Shown here one piece after another: positions 1 through 8,381 of a stretch of DNA of 54,562 bases. The stretch's first letter is position 1; every line of letters starts with the position of its first letter. The DNA lies in the IMG/VR virus record IMGVR_UViG_2568526722_000002, positions 1 to 54,562 of that record. One strand, given 5' to 3'. Source of the DNA: a virus. Lineage: Duplodnaviria; Heunggongvirae; Uroviricota; Caudoviricetes. Both the position numbers and the translations under genes were made by a program. The notes under the pieces were generated by a model. It saw only the letters and a program-made list of their open reading frames with translations. It was not told the origin of the DNA and did not search any database.

Positions 1-771
1 TCAATAAGTACCCTTCTTATTAGGATTCACACTAAATTTCCGTAAAGCATTCCCCGACTTAAGCACTTTTGAAGCCTGCTCATTAGCTGAGGCTGTGAAG
101 GTGCTCTCACCATTTTTAACGCTAACGCTCTTAGAGCACGTTACACGGGCTTTTAGCGCTTCATCTGATAACTCACTTGCCGAATAGCTAAAAAGCTCTT
201 TACAGGTCAGCATAGGGCTTCCAAGATTCGTTGTAGTGTTCCCTGTATTCTTTTTACTGGTAGCACCACCATCATTTGTGGTAGCCGTTTTGCCAGTGGC
301 TGCTGAAATATCAGTTTGCCCTACGATTGAACGAAACTCTACACCTTGGAAGGTCATCTGAATACGAAGACCATTAGCAATGGTATGCTCTTTACTCGCT
401 TTAAACTGAGTAATGATACTATCAGTGATAGATATTCCATCTTTACAAACAATAGTGATGATTTGCTTCTGGTCTCGCCATTGTTCAACCGTAGAAATAA
501 AGGTTTCTACAAGTTGCCCCTGTCTGGTTAATAGAACTGAACCCGTCGAATCAACCACTACAACACCGCTAATAGAGATGGTCTTAGGTGCTCTCTGAAC
601 ATTATCAGTGATAGTTTGCCCCGATTGCATAGCCTGAGTTGTCACCATCATCGGTGAGTCATAGTCCATCTGTTCAGTAGCTGTTAAGGCAAGAAAAGAT
701 TCTACATTATCTCGAAGATGAAAATAGATACCATCTTTACCTGAGTATCTAATTTGCTTTGTGTCAAACAT
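1..771 (-). CDS. phage tail-associated protein encoded just downstream of the tape-measure-like gene (function unresolved)
   Basis: Complete 256-aa ORF with its stop at bases 1-3. Same strand as, and immediately 3' of, the TMP-like gene. I can name no diagnostic motif. Confidence 0.5.
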   Translation of the reverse strand: MFDTKQIRYSGKDGIYFHLRDNVESFLALTATEQMDYDSPMMVTTQAMQSGQTITDNVQRAPKTISISGVVVVDSTGSVLLTRQGQLVETFISTVEQWRDQKQIITIVCKDGISITDSIITQFKASKEHTIANGLRIQMTFQGVEFRSIVGQTDISAATGKTATTNDGGATSKKNTGNTTTNLGSPMLTCKELFSYSASELSDEALKARVTCSKSVSVKNGESTFTASANEQASKVLKSGNALRKFSVNPNKKGTY

Positions 772-944
772 TGTTGTTATTCCTATTCTGTTAAGCGTGA
801 GCTACGTGAAATCTAATTTTTGATGTTGGTATCTGTTCAGAAGAAATCACGTAGCATTCGACTATTCATAGTTGAATCGTCATACTAGATAAAGATTAAT
901 AGATTGCCATGTGTGGCAATAAATATTAGTAGTTCTAACATTGT

Positions 945-3011
945 TTATTCCTCTGGGTAAGCTGAGCTAATCAAGGTATCTTCCTGCATACGATTAATAT
1001 GTGATGTTGTCCTTTCATCAATAACTTTCCCATCAAGTACCGTCTGAGTTGTGATATTGATTGTCTGAGGCTGAATATTTACTGACGGCTTGATAAGCTT
1101 TAAATCTTGTGTGAATGTTTCCACTCGACCTTTCAGATTATTTAATGCTTCAGGTGAAAACTGTGGAACATCTTTTGATTTGCCCTGAACCATAGCCCAT
1201 AAAACAGTGGCTAAAGAGTTCATGTCACCAGTTAATGCTTGGTCTGTGGGTTCCACCTTTGACCTTACAACTTTATCAATTGGATTATCTGACTTACTCA
1301 TCTGACGTTCATAGAACGGTTTGACAATGGCATTAATCACATCAGTTGCCATACCGATAATCACTACTTTGGTAATTGCATCAGCTACAGATAATTTTCC
1401 TTTACCACCTTCAACACTACCGGAACGTGAATTAATTCTTCCTGCTGCTGTATTTGCTACATTTCCAAGCGTGGAAATAGCCCTAATTAAGTTCCAGATA
1501 CCACCTACAGCACCAATACCAGACCTTACAGCGACAATACCAGCAAGTCCCTTTAATGCACTTAACAGGCCATTTGCGATACCATCAGCTACAGCTTTTT
1601 GAGTGTCATTTAATTCTCTGTAAGCAAGGGTCACTCTGTCAAAGAATCCCTGCACTCGGTAGCTAATCGTGGTTAAATCATCAATACCGTTTGACATGCT
1701 TTTCATCAAGTCGCCAAAATGTTCACCAAGATTTTTAGCTTGACCACCCAGTGAATTAAGTAAATTAGTCAGTGACCTTGTAAAGTCTGTTAAACCTTCC
1801 TGTGAACCATCGAACATTAAGGCCAGATTATTATTCCATGAATTACTTAAGCGGCCTAACTGCGTCTGAGTAGAGTTAATAATCTTTTCCCATCCACCAG
1901 CTTTATCAATCATCCTTCCCATTTCAGCGGATACTTTAGGGAGAACATCTTTAGAAAGAACCTTACCGTCTTTCATGGCCTTGTCTAATTCTTCTGTAGT
2001 CATCCCAAGGCTTCTGGCAAATAACTGGAAAGCACCTGCCATTCTGTCACCTAATTGACCACGTAGCTCTTCAGCCTGAATCTTCCCTTTAGAAGCCATC
2101 TGCTCGAAAGCTTTCAGAATCCCGTTAATTTCATCAGTACTTAAACCCATTAATCTGGATGTGCCAATCACATTAGAAAATAGGGATTCTTTCTGGTCTG
2201 TATTCATATCACCAGCACCAGCGGAAAACTTAGCAAAACTGCTTAATGTTTCAATCTGGTCTACACCTGTATTATTAGCAAGATTCTTAACGAAGTCTGT
2301 AGCTCGTTTAGCGCCTTCATCGCCTAATACAAATTGTGCCGCTCGTTGTGATGCTTCTTTTTTCAGACCAACCTCCATAATCTTCCTATAAGCTTCTAAG
2401 GCTGTCTGAAAACTATAAATGGCTGTACCTGCTTTGATTGCACTTGTAGCTAATACATCTAAACCATTTGAAGCATTTTCACTGTGATTGTTTTTGCTGG
2501 TGGTCTTATTAAACTTAGAAAGTGTTTCACGTAGATTTTGATTTAACTTTGCTAACTCACGATTAAAAGCTTCGTTCCCAAGTGTCTTGGATTTACCGCT
2601 TAAGCTGTAATACTGGCTTCTAAAATACTTCTCAAGTAGAGGATTAAAGTCACGAAGCTTGCTCATATTCACGCTATGCGCTGCTGTGATTGCTCTGTTT
2701 CCGCTAATTCGTGGCTGTCTTGGCTGTCTAAGTGGCTTTAAAGTATCCTCAATTTCAGTTTTAATCTTAAACGCTTTAGTGTTTTTAAGACGCTGCTCAA
2801 TCTTGGAAACAGTCTTATCGACATTTCTTTCCATGACCTTGAGAGAATCATTTAAAGGCGTAGGGTTAACTCTGAATGCCTTATTTAGTCGTTTCTCAAT
2901 TCTTGATGCGATTTGCATCGTTTGTTTCTCGGCTTTTTCCAAGCCTTTTAAAACTTTCTGAGAGTTAAAACTTAACTCAATCAGAAAATCATCAACTTTA
3001 AACTGTGCCAT
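945..3011 (-). CDS. tail tape-measure-like protein
   Basis: 688-aa, largely helical ORF. Its core segment ...ELRGQLGDRMAGAFQLFARSLGMTTEELDKAMKDGKV... is typical of tape-measure proteins. The C-terminal third is Gly/Ala-rich and hydrophobic. Confidence 0.75.
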   Translation of the reverse strand: MAQFKVDDFLIELSFNSQKVLKGLEKAEKQTMQIASRIEKRLNKAFRVNPTPLNDSLKVMERNVDKTVSKIEQRLKNTKAFKIKTEIEDTLKPLRQPRQPRISGNRAITAAHSVNMSKLRDFNPLLEKYFRSQYYSLSGKSKTLGNEAFNRELAKLNQNLRETLSKFNKTTSKNNHSENASNGLDVLATSAIKAGTAIYSFQTALEAYRKIMEVGLKKEASQRAAQFVLGDEGAKRATDFVKNLANNTGVDQIETLSSFAKFSAGAGDMNTDQKESLFSNVIGTSRLMGLSTDEINGILKAFEQMASKGKIQAEELRGQLGDRMAGAFQLFARSLGMTTEELDKAMKDGKVLSKDVLPKVSAEMGRMIDKAGGWEKIINSTQTQLGRLSNSWNNNLALMFDGSQEGLTDFTRSLTNLLNSLGGQAKNLGEHFGDLMKSMSNGIDDLTTISYRVQGFFDRVTLAYRELNDTQKAVADGIANGLLSALKGLAGIVAVRSGIGAVGGIWNLIRAISTLGNVANTAAGRINSRSGSVEGGKGKLSVADAITKVVIIGMATDVINAIVKPFYERQMSKSDNPIDKVVRSKVEPTDQALTGDMNSLATVLWAMVQGKSKDVPQFSPEALNNLKGRVETFTQDLKLIKPSVNIQPQTINITTQTVLDGKVIDERTTSHINRMQEDTLISSAYPEE

Positions 3012-3136
3012 TGTTCATATTTCACCTCATAGACTTCGGATAGAAGACTATCTCATATACAAAAAAGGGAGAAACTACCGATATCACTCGATAATCTCTC
3101 CCGTTGATTTTTACCCAACCAATTCTATTAGAAGCT

Positions 3137-3346
3137 TTAATGGTAAACGTAAGAATACATCCCATCATCACCTAAAATCTGTGCGTCACATGGTAATTTA
3201 TCCAAGCACCATGAAGGAATCTTACGTACCTTTGGTTTGTGTGAGGTGATAACTCGACGTTGATTTCCAGTTCGTAGCTTTGGTTTGGTTTGTAACTTTA
3301 AGTTTTCACAAACAGACCGAATAGTCTCTAAACGTTCTTCAAACAT
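3137..3346 (-). CDS. hypothetical small basic protein
   Basis: 69-aa ORF with GAGGTG Shine-Dalgarno upstream of the ATG. Confidence 0.5.
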   Translation of the reverse strand: MFEERLETIRSVCENLKLQTKPKLRTGNQRRVITSHKPKVRKIPSWCLDKLPCDAQILGDDGMYSYVYH

Positions 3347-3368
3347 TAATCACCTCACATATGCATAA

Positions 3369-4073
3369 TTAAATAACCTTACTAAATTCTCGTGGAACAC
3401 TCAAAAAGTCATTGAAGCTACTAATCTGTGCAAGCTCTTGTTTGTATTCCTTAGCGATTTTTTGATGGTCACGAATCAAATTAGCCAGAGTTGATTTCAC
3501 CAAATTAATCTCGGTTTCTCTTACCTTCATCAGTCGCTTTCTAGCCATTTCTTCAAGCTCAGCTTGTGATTTATCAGAAATAATTAAAGTCAGTTTATGT
3601 GGCGCTCTGACAGCTCTTTCTGTACGAACAACTCTTTGGCCTTCTGGTAAATCTGCAATCACTTTACCAATTTCTGAATGGTCATATCCCCAACCGTCAC
3701 GGTCTAGTCTTGTATAATAATCGTAGGTGTTTGTCTGAAGCTCCATCAAAATAGCCATTTCGTCAACTTCATTTTCAAGTTTGGACTGAAGTTTTTCGTA
3801 AACACGATTCATAGCTTTTTGAGAGTCTCGAAGGTCTTTGAAATATTTGCGTTGCAGCTTCAGTTTCAAATCAAGCTCACATTCCTCATTCATCGAAAAA
3901 TCAATTTCAACTCTTGGAATCTCAAATGGTTCTGGTGGAATATATGGACCTTTATTTACTTCGTGTGATTCCCGCCAAGCTCTATCAAAAGATTCACGCA
4001 AAGTTAATTCGTGAATATCAAGTGCACTTGGTCGGCTTTCAATAATCATTTCATTTTCATCACGGATAGCCAT
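3369..4073 (-). CDS. hypothetical coiled-coil protein
   Basis: 234-aa ORF with GAGGAAAGG SD and charged heptad-like sequence. Confidence 0.6.
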   Translation of the reverse strand: MAIRDENEMIIESRPSALDIHELTLRESFDRAWRESHEVNKGPYIPPEPFEIPRVEIDFSMNEECELDLKLKLQRKYFKDLRDSQKAMNRVYEKLQSKLENEVDEMAILMELQTNTYDYYTRLDRDGWGYDHSEIGKVIADLPEGQRVVRTERAVRAPHKLTLIISDKSQAELEEMARKRLMKVRETEINLVKSTLANLIRDHQKIAKEYKQELAQISSFNDFLSVPREFSKVI

Positions 4074-4521
4074 TAATACCTTTCCTCTTCTAAGATAATT
4101 TATGTTTCAGTTTTTAAAAAGCACACCTGACAGCCTGCGAACTTAGAAGAGACTTAAAAGGCGTTTGCCAAGTATGCTTTTTAAAAGCTGAAAAAAGCCC
4201 TAAACATAGGTGATTCGGATATTCATGGAATCATCCTCATCTGTGAAGGGCTTTGGAGGTTTGCTTATAACGTTAACGAAGTTTCAGGAAAAACTTTCTT
4301 TAAAAGCTCTGTTTAAAACTCTTAAAGAAAACGCCCTAACTCATGATTAGGGCAAAGCTGTAAGGGTTCAATAATGAATGATTAAGCACTTTTTGAGATG
4401 ACCTCTCAGACTAAACTGAAAGGCCATGACGAAAAGCATTGCACCTTTCCAACTCAGAATATCCATCCATCGGATTATTGAAAATATGATTTTAGGAAAA
4501 ATTGCTCTTCCTATATATACA

Positions 4522-4550
4522 ATTATGTCATGCTTAAGATTATTTGTCAA
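4522..4550 (-). promoter_or_regulatory. sigma70-type promoter (TTGACA-17-CATAAT)
   Basis: Minus-strand read: TTGACA aataatcttaagcatga CATAAT. It lies ~450 nt upstream of the next start codon at 4073. Confidence 0.55.
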
Positions 4551-4574
4551 CAGCTTTTTAACAGATTGGTAACA

Positions 4575-4652
4575 TCAATTTTTATTTACCGCGTTGCCCA
4601 CCCAGCAACCAACAAATAAACCTAAAGCTGTCCAAGCAATTATTAAGCCCAT
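4575..4652 (-). CDS. 25-aa hydrophobic micro-protein, translationally coupled (TAATG) to the upstream gene
   Basis: MGLIIAWTALGLFVGCWVGNAVNKN. Its ATG overlaps the TAA of ORF 4652-4975. It is below the ORF-track length cut-off. Confidence 0.35.
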   Translation of the reverse strand: MGLIIAWTALGLFVGCWVGNAVNKN

Positions 4653-4975
4653 TAATGCACCACCTTCGAATCCGTAACCAAAACATTGTCAGCGTACAAA
4701 ATTACTATAGCCGCCTTGAGATATTTTTCAGGGCTAACGCTGTATCGGTTAGTTTCCTCAATAATAAGGCGCTTCATGTTTGAGTCGGTAACGGGAAACA
4801 TAAAACGTGGGTCACCAGTTTCAATTTCCTGAATAAAATCTTCAATTGTTTCTGAGTTATCAGCCATTAGCTTTAACAGCCTGTCAAAGTCAATGCTAAT
4901 ACCTGCATCAGTGAAGCTTTGCACCATCATAGCAGTGTCGGTATCAATAAAAATTTGTAATGGGTAACTGTTCAT
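4652..4975 (-). CDS. hypothetical protein
   Basis: 107-aa ORF with AAGGAG SD (ggtgaaaaaggagattttaagaaATG). Confidence 0.6.
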   Translation of the reverse strand: MNSYPLQIFIDTDTAMMVQSFTDAGISIDFDRLLKLMADNSETIEDFIQEIETGDPRFMFPVTDSNMKRLIIEETNRYSVSPEKYLKAAIVILYADNVLVTDSKVVH

Positions 4976-4997
4976 TTCTTAAAATCTCCTTTTTCAC

Positions 4998-5119
4998 CAG
5001 ACCTCCTCAATCGCTCTGTAACGAGCTAAACAGTCTTTTTCAGGGGTAGCCTGTACAGTGGTATTACCCACCCTAAAATAGGGTAGTTTTTTGCGTTAGA
5101 ATGCGATTGAGAGCGTCTG
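4998..5119. repeat. structured repeat element, copy A
   Basis: 5' arm CAGACCTCCTCAATCGC (4998-5014) pairs with 3' arm GCGATTGAGAGCGTCTG (5103-5119). Conserved inner flanks surround a variable hairpin-rich core. A second copy lies at 6653-6751. Confidence 0.7.
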
Positions 5120-5132
5120 AGAAGCTGTTTTT

Positions 5133-5420
5133 CTAATTTCTCTTAAAGTCTCGGACTTGCATAAGATTTTTTGGTCTGGTATCGGCTCTGTTACCATTTC
5201 GATGGATAATTTGCTTATTGGATTGATAGCCATGATAAAGGAACCAGACAACATATTTCACGTAGAAAGTGTATCGGCCTATATTAAATGTTTTGTTGCC
5301 GTAGTCGTCGGTATTTATCGTGACCGACTCTCCATCAGACCAGCACAGGGAATCACTGGATTCATCATAGATAAGGTGTTCTGTAAAATATCGTCTAACA
5401 TCTTCATGCCAAGGTTTCAT
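5133..5420 (-). CDS. HNH_3-like (homing-endonuclease-like) small protein, degenerate motif
   Basis: ...YVVWFLYHGYQSNKQIIHRNGNRADTRPKNL... parallels [29 protein letters not shown] of the HNH gene at 47704-48207. Confidence 0.5.
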   Translation of the reverse strand: MKPWHEDVRRYFTEHLIYDESSDSLCWSDGESVTINTDDYGNKTFNIGRYTFYVKYVVWFLYHGYQSNKQIIHRNGNRADTRPKNLMQVRDFKRN

Positions 5421-5632
5421 AAAACCTCCTCACCCCAATAACCTAATTCAATCTTGTGACGCTCAAACCATTCCGGTTTAACTGCTGTTTTCAGTGCTTC
5501 ATTTGGGCCAATGGCTTTAATGAAAATATCTTTTGAGTTATGGATGTCACCGAATCCGTTTCCTTCAATCAGGAGGTCGGAGATGTAGCGAATCATTTTA
5601 TCTGTGTGGTATTCAAAGGTAACGCATAGCAT
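5417..5632 (-). CDS. hypothetical protein
   Basis: 71-aa ORF whose start and stop overlap its neighbours (ATGA-type coupling). Confidence 0.5.
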   Translation of the reverse strand: MLCVTFEYHTDKMIRYISDLLIEGNGFGDIHNSKDIFIKAIGPNEALKTAVKPEWFERHKIELGYWGEEVL

Positions 5633-5913
5633 TAAACCTCCATCGCTAATTTGTGAATTTTGATACTCATTAGACGGGAAATATCAATTTTAAAGTTGTT
5701 AAGTCCCTTCAAAGTATCTAAAGCGTCCTGAGTAATTCGGATGTGTTTACGACCTTTAGAGACTGGATATTTCAGTAAATCCGACTCAGTGACCTCTTTA
5801 GCAATCGCAAGTTGCATAATAGTTTGATGAGGCAGGCTAGTTGTCTGTTTAATTCGGGTAAGCTCGTTAAAAGCTTCCTCTGAAATACGGGTTAATGTGT
5901 GTCTGCTTTTCAT
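5632..5913 (-). CDS. putative DNA-binding protein (two RHH-like half repeats)
   Basis: Start chosen at MKSRH, preceded by a GGAGG SD. Two similar segments are present: TRISEEAFNEL and IRITQDALDTL. Confidence 0.45.
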   Translation of the reverse strand: MKSRHTLTRISEEAFNELTRIKQTTSLPHQTIMQLAIAKEVTESDLLKYPVSKGRKHIRITQDALDTLKGLNNFKIDISRLMSIKIHKLAMEV

Positions 5914-5914
5914 T

Positions 5915-6466
5915 TTAAAATTCCTCCAAAATATACGGGTCAAACTCAAAGTCTGGTTCACTGGTCGTAAGGCTAATATTGCCCACTTCCACATGATGAT
6001 TGATTGTCTCGATAACTTTATTGCAAATGGTGGCTAAGTTAGCGCAATATTTATCGCTTGGTAGCTCATGGCTTAATCGGGTCGCTTGACGCTGAAGACA
6101 ATTTGTTATTGTGCTTGAGCTAATTTTGTCAATATTTCGTAATAGATAGAAAACTTTCCGGTGATAATTATCCCTTCCAAGACTGCGACAAGTACCGATA
6201 ATTATATCTTCAATTTTTGATGGTAATTGCTCGTAAGAATCAAAGCTCATCAGGAAAGTCTTTAAAGTGTTCTCTTTTTCTTTGCGTGTTGGCATGTGTC
6301 TTACCCGTGGCGTAATGCTACGAATGACCGCTTCAATGTTTCTACGTTCGGATTTGGTAAAGGCTGGGACTTCGTAGCTGGTGGGGGTGTCTGTGTAGCT
6401 GTAACCGTTGTGTCTGTTGCGTCTCTTGGATTCTTCAAGAAACTTTTGAAATTCTCTGTCGTTCAT
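5915..6466 (-). CDS. hypothetical early protein
   Basis: 183-aa ORF, the first gene downstream of the strong minus-strand promoter at 6518-6546. Confidence 0.6.
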   Translation of the reverse strand: MNDREFQKFLEESKRRNRHNGYSYTDTPTSYEVPAFTKSERRNIEAVIRSITPRVRHMPTRKEKENTLKTFLMSFDSYEQLPSKIEDIIIGTCRSLGRDNYHRKVFYLLRNIDKISSSTITNCLQRQATRLSHELPSDKYCANLATICNKVIETINHHVEVGNISLTTSEPDFEFDPYILEEF

Positions 6467-6517
6467 TCATATTCTGACCCTCATAAGATGTTATTATTCT
6501 GTTAACTCATATATACA

Positions 6518-6546
6518 ATACTAGCAGTTTCAAAGACTAATGTCAA
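6518..6546 (-). promoter_or_regulatory. sigma70 promoter TTGACA-17-TAGTAT driving the 6466->4652 operon
   Basis: Minus-strand read: TTGACA ttagtctttgaaactgc TAGTAT. Confidence 0.65.
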
Positions 6547-6553
6547 GTATTTT

Positions 6554-6583
6554 TTAACATTTTATTAACATTTGTGGTATAAT
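6554..6583 (+). promoter_or_regulatory. divergent sigma70 promoter TTAACA-18-TATAAT with TGn extended -10
   Basis: ttaaca ttttattaacatttgtgg tataat. It sits back-to-back with the minus-strand promoter. Confidence 0.6.
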
Positions 6584-6652
6584 GGTCCTATGGGGAGAGT
6601 AAAATATAAAGGCGTGGCCATGTATTTGGTCACATGGTTATTGCATTGCACA

Positions 6653-6751
6653 CAGACCTCTTCAATCGCCCTGTAACGAGTTAAACGACCTCTTCAGGTC
6701 AACTCATAAGGTCAGGTACTTTTTGTGTCAGAATGCGATTGAGAGCGTCTT
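6653..6751. repeat. structured repeat element, copy B
   Basis: CAGACCTCTTCAATCGC ... GCGATTGAGAGCGTCTT, with the same conserved flanks as copy A and a different core hairpin (gacctcttcaggtc). Confidence 0.7.
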
Positions 6752-6764
6752 ACAAGGAAATTTA

Positions 6765-6953
6765 ATGGTAAATCTCCCTCCTGAGCTGGGGTCACCTGAT
6801 GTATGGGCTGGTGGAGGTATTGGACTTATTGCAGGTCTGCTGCTTCGCTATTTCATCGTCAGAGTGTTTATCGTGTTCAGATTGTTTGGTCGTGAATGGT
6901 CGTTTGACCTCAAGGACAGAGGCCGTGAAGACAATCACACAGAACCCCGCTAA
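6765..6953 (+). CDS. possible 62-aa single-pass membrane protein
   Basis: MVNLPPELGSPDVWAGGGIGLIAGLLLRYFIVRVFIVF..., with an AAGGA SD 8 nt upstream. It competes with overlapping ORFs on both strands. Confidence 0.3.
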   Translation: MVNLPPELGSPDVWAGGGIGLIAGLLLRYFIVRVFIVFRLFGREWSFDLKDRGREDNHTEPR

Positions 6954-7066
6954 ACTCCCTCCAAAACCCCCTGTACGAGATGGTATAGGGGTATCTTTAG
7001 CATTTTGTGCTATCCATGAAAAAATAACTTGACAGAACCGGAAAGCTGTATCTATCAAGTATTCAC

Positions 7067-7251
7067 CCTTCTAACAGTAATTTCTAAAAGTTCTTATTTT
7101 TCAATAAGTTGTAATTAGCCATATATAGAGAACTGACAAGTCTCTTCACAGACAACTCTGCAACCTTAACAGTAACTTCTAAAAATGCTTATTTTTCAAC
7201 GAGTTGTAATCACCCAATATATAAGGCTGTCCAGCACCTTCACAGAGAAAC
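7067..7251. repeat. two ~90-bp tandem direct repeats (period ~96 bp)
   Basis: Each unit reads ccttNtaacagtaaYttctaaaa..ttatttttcaaYRagttgtaat..atatataRRg..cttcacaga. A condensed third copy lies at ~9313-9345. Confidence 0.7.
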
Positions 7252-7957
7252 TTCAGAGGTCTTCTTAATCAATCCACTAAGCGGGAGAGAGCGATAACCC
7301 CAGAGAGGGAAGCTCCCTTCTTAATCGGCCTCCTAACCAGTCTTTACAAACCTTGTTCAAGGTAATCACAATAGATTTTTCTTCCCTCGTTCTTCGTGTT
7401 CCTCGGTTTGCCTATTGAGACTTGAAAGACCTCTGTAACTTCCCTCTTAGACAGGGAAGAATAATATTGGTGACACAAGCGAAGCGCCCCTCTAAAAAGA
7501 TTTTTTAGCTATTTTGTTTAAAAACACATCAAACGATACATTTTATTGATTTAGGTCAAAGACAAAAGCATTGACAAAATGGTAAGATTGTTCACATGAC
7601 CTTACTTAACAGACTTTTAAGAGGCTTTGAAACGACCTACTTAACAAGGTCACTACATCTGGTCTTATCGTTCCCTGTCTTCTTGGTAGTTCTGTTAAGT
7701 ATCTTTTCAGGTATCTCTTACAGTCACTGTTAAGATGATACTCTCCCTTCGGGTTATATCGTATCTCTTCCCCCGTTAAACACTCCTTCCTAACAACTTC
7801 ATAGTTATCTGTCAAGTACCTTTGAAGATTCTATCAAGACCTCTAAATCTGACCTGATATAGATGCTGTGAAGGCATGTTCTCTAGGTCTGTGTAGCTTA
7901 CTTAGCGGGAAAAGAGGATATGGTGACCATAGGGGAACCCCTCCTGTTAAAAGTTTC

Positions 7958-7985
7958 TTGATGTTATCATCACAATATGTATAAT
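7958..7985 (+). promoter_or_regulatory. sigma70 promoter TTGATG-16-TATAAT
   Basis: ttgatg ttatcatcacaatatg tataat. Confidence 0.6.
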
Positions 7986-7991
7986 CACCAA

Positions 7992-8152
7992 CTGTACAGA
8001 CACCTTAACGGTTTCTCTACACCTCACTATGGCTAGGTAGGGTATGGTTTAGCTTGGTACGGCTAGGTTAGGTCTGGTTTGGTTAGGTATGGGTGGATTG
8101 TCGTAGCCACGTTAAAAATCGACTTATAGGGACTCTTTCGGGAGTCCTTTTT
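7992..8152 (+). ncRNA. candidate ~160-nt small RNA with GG-dinucleotide repeat body
   Basis: Bounded by the promoter at 7958-7985 and an intrinsic terminator at 8130-8152. No ORF longer than 5 codons. 8031-8096 carries 13 GG/GGG tracts in two ~30-nt units (ggctaggt...). Confidence 0.45.
8130..8152 (+). terminator. intrinsic terminator
   Basis: GGACTC tttcgg GAGTCC followed by TTTTT. Confidence 0.7.
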
Positions 8153-8260
8153 AGTTTGTATAAAATCTGTACAGTAACTTTTCAGAGTCTGAAAATTTTT
8201 ATAAAAAATGACTAGCCCTCTTTGAATCTCATCTTCCCCGAATCTTCGAAAATATCTGTC

Positions 8261-8273
8261 TAGTTGATTCGGT
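8261..8273. repeat. left 13-bp inverted repeat flanking the recombinase cassette
   Basis: TAGTTGATTCGGT is the exact reverse complement of 9119-9131 (ACCGAATCAACTA). Confidence 0.8.
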
Positions 8274-8381
8274 AGAATCTACCTCATGATGTATACCTGC
8301 TAAGTACCCGTCACACCAGCTATGTGACCCCCTTTGCAAAAAAGCCAAATATCAGCTACATCCATGTAACTATTCGGTAAC

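Noticed and set aside
4998-6751. Retron msr/msd interpretation of the stem-closed repeat element
   Set aside because: No reverse-transcriptase-like ORF lies anywhere in the AT-rich block or next to either copy. It is kept only as one of several possibilities in the finding.
6792-7058. 88-aa minus-strand ORF and 77-aa plus-strand ORF (6799-7032) overlapping the 62-aa membrane-protein candidate
   Set aside because: Three mutually exclusive ORFs occupy the same DNA. Only the 6765 start has an SD and a plausible TM helix, and even that is low confidence.
7606-7815. 69-aa ORF on the minus strand
   Set aside because: It begins with a TTG that is part of a TTGACA promoter-like hexamer. It has no SD and no in-frame ATG nearby, and it sits in repeat-rich non-coding DNA.
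6467-8381. Stop-codon reassignment as the explanation for the ORF-poor stretch
   Set aside because: Neighbouring long genes (tape-measure-like, recombinase, 183-aa ORF) are intact under the standard code. The gap shows stops of all three kinds in all frames.
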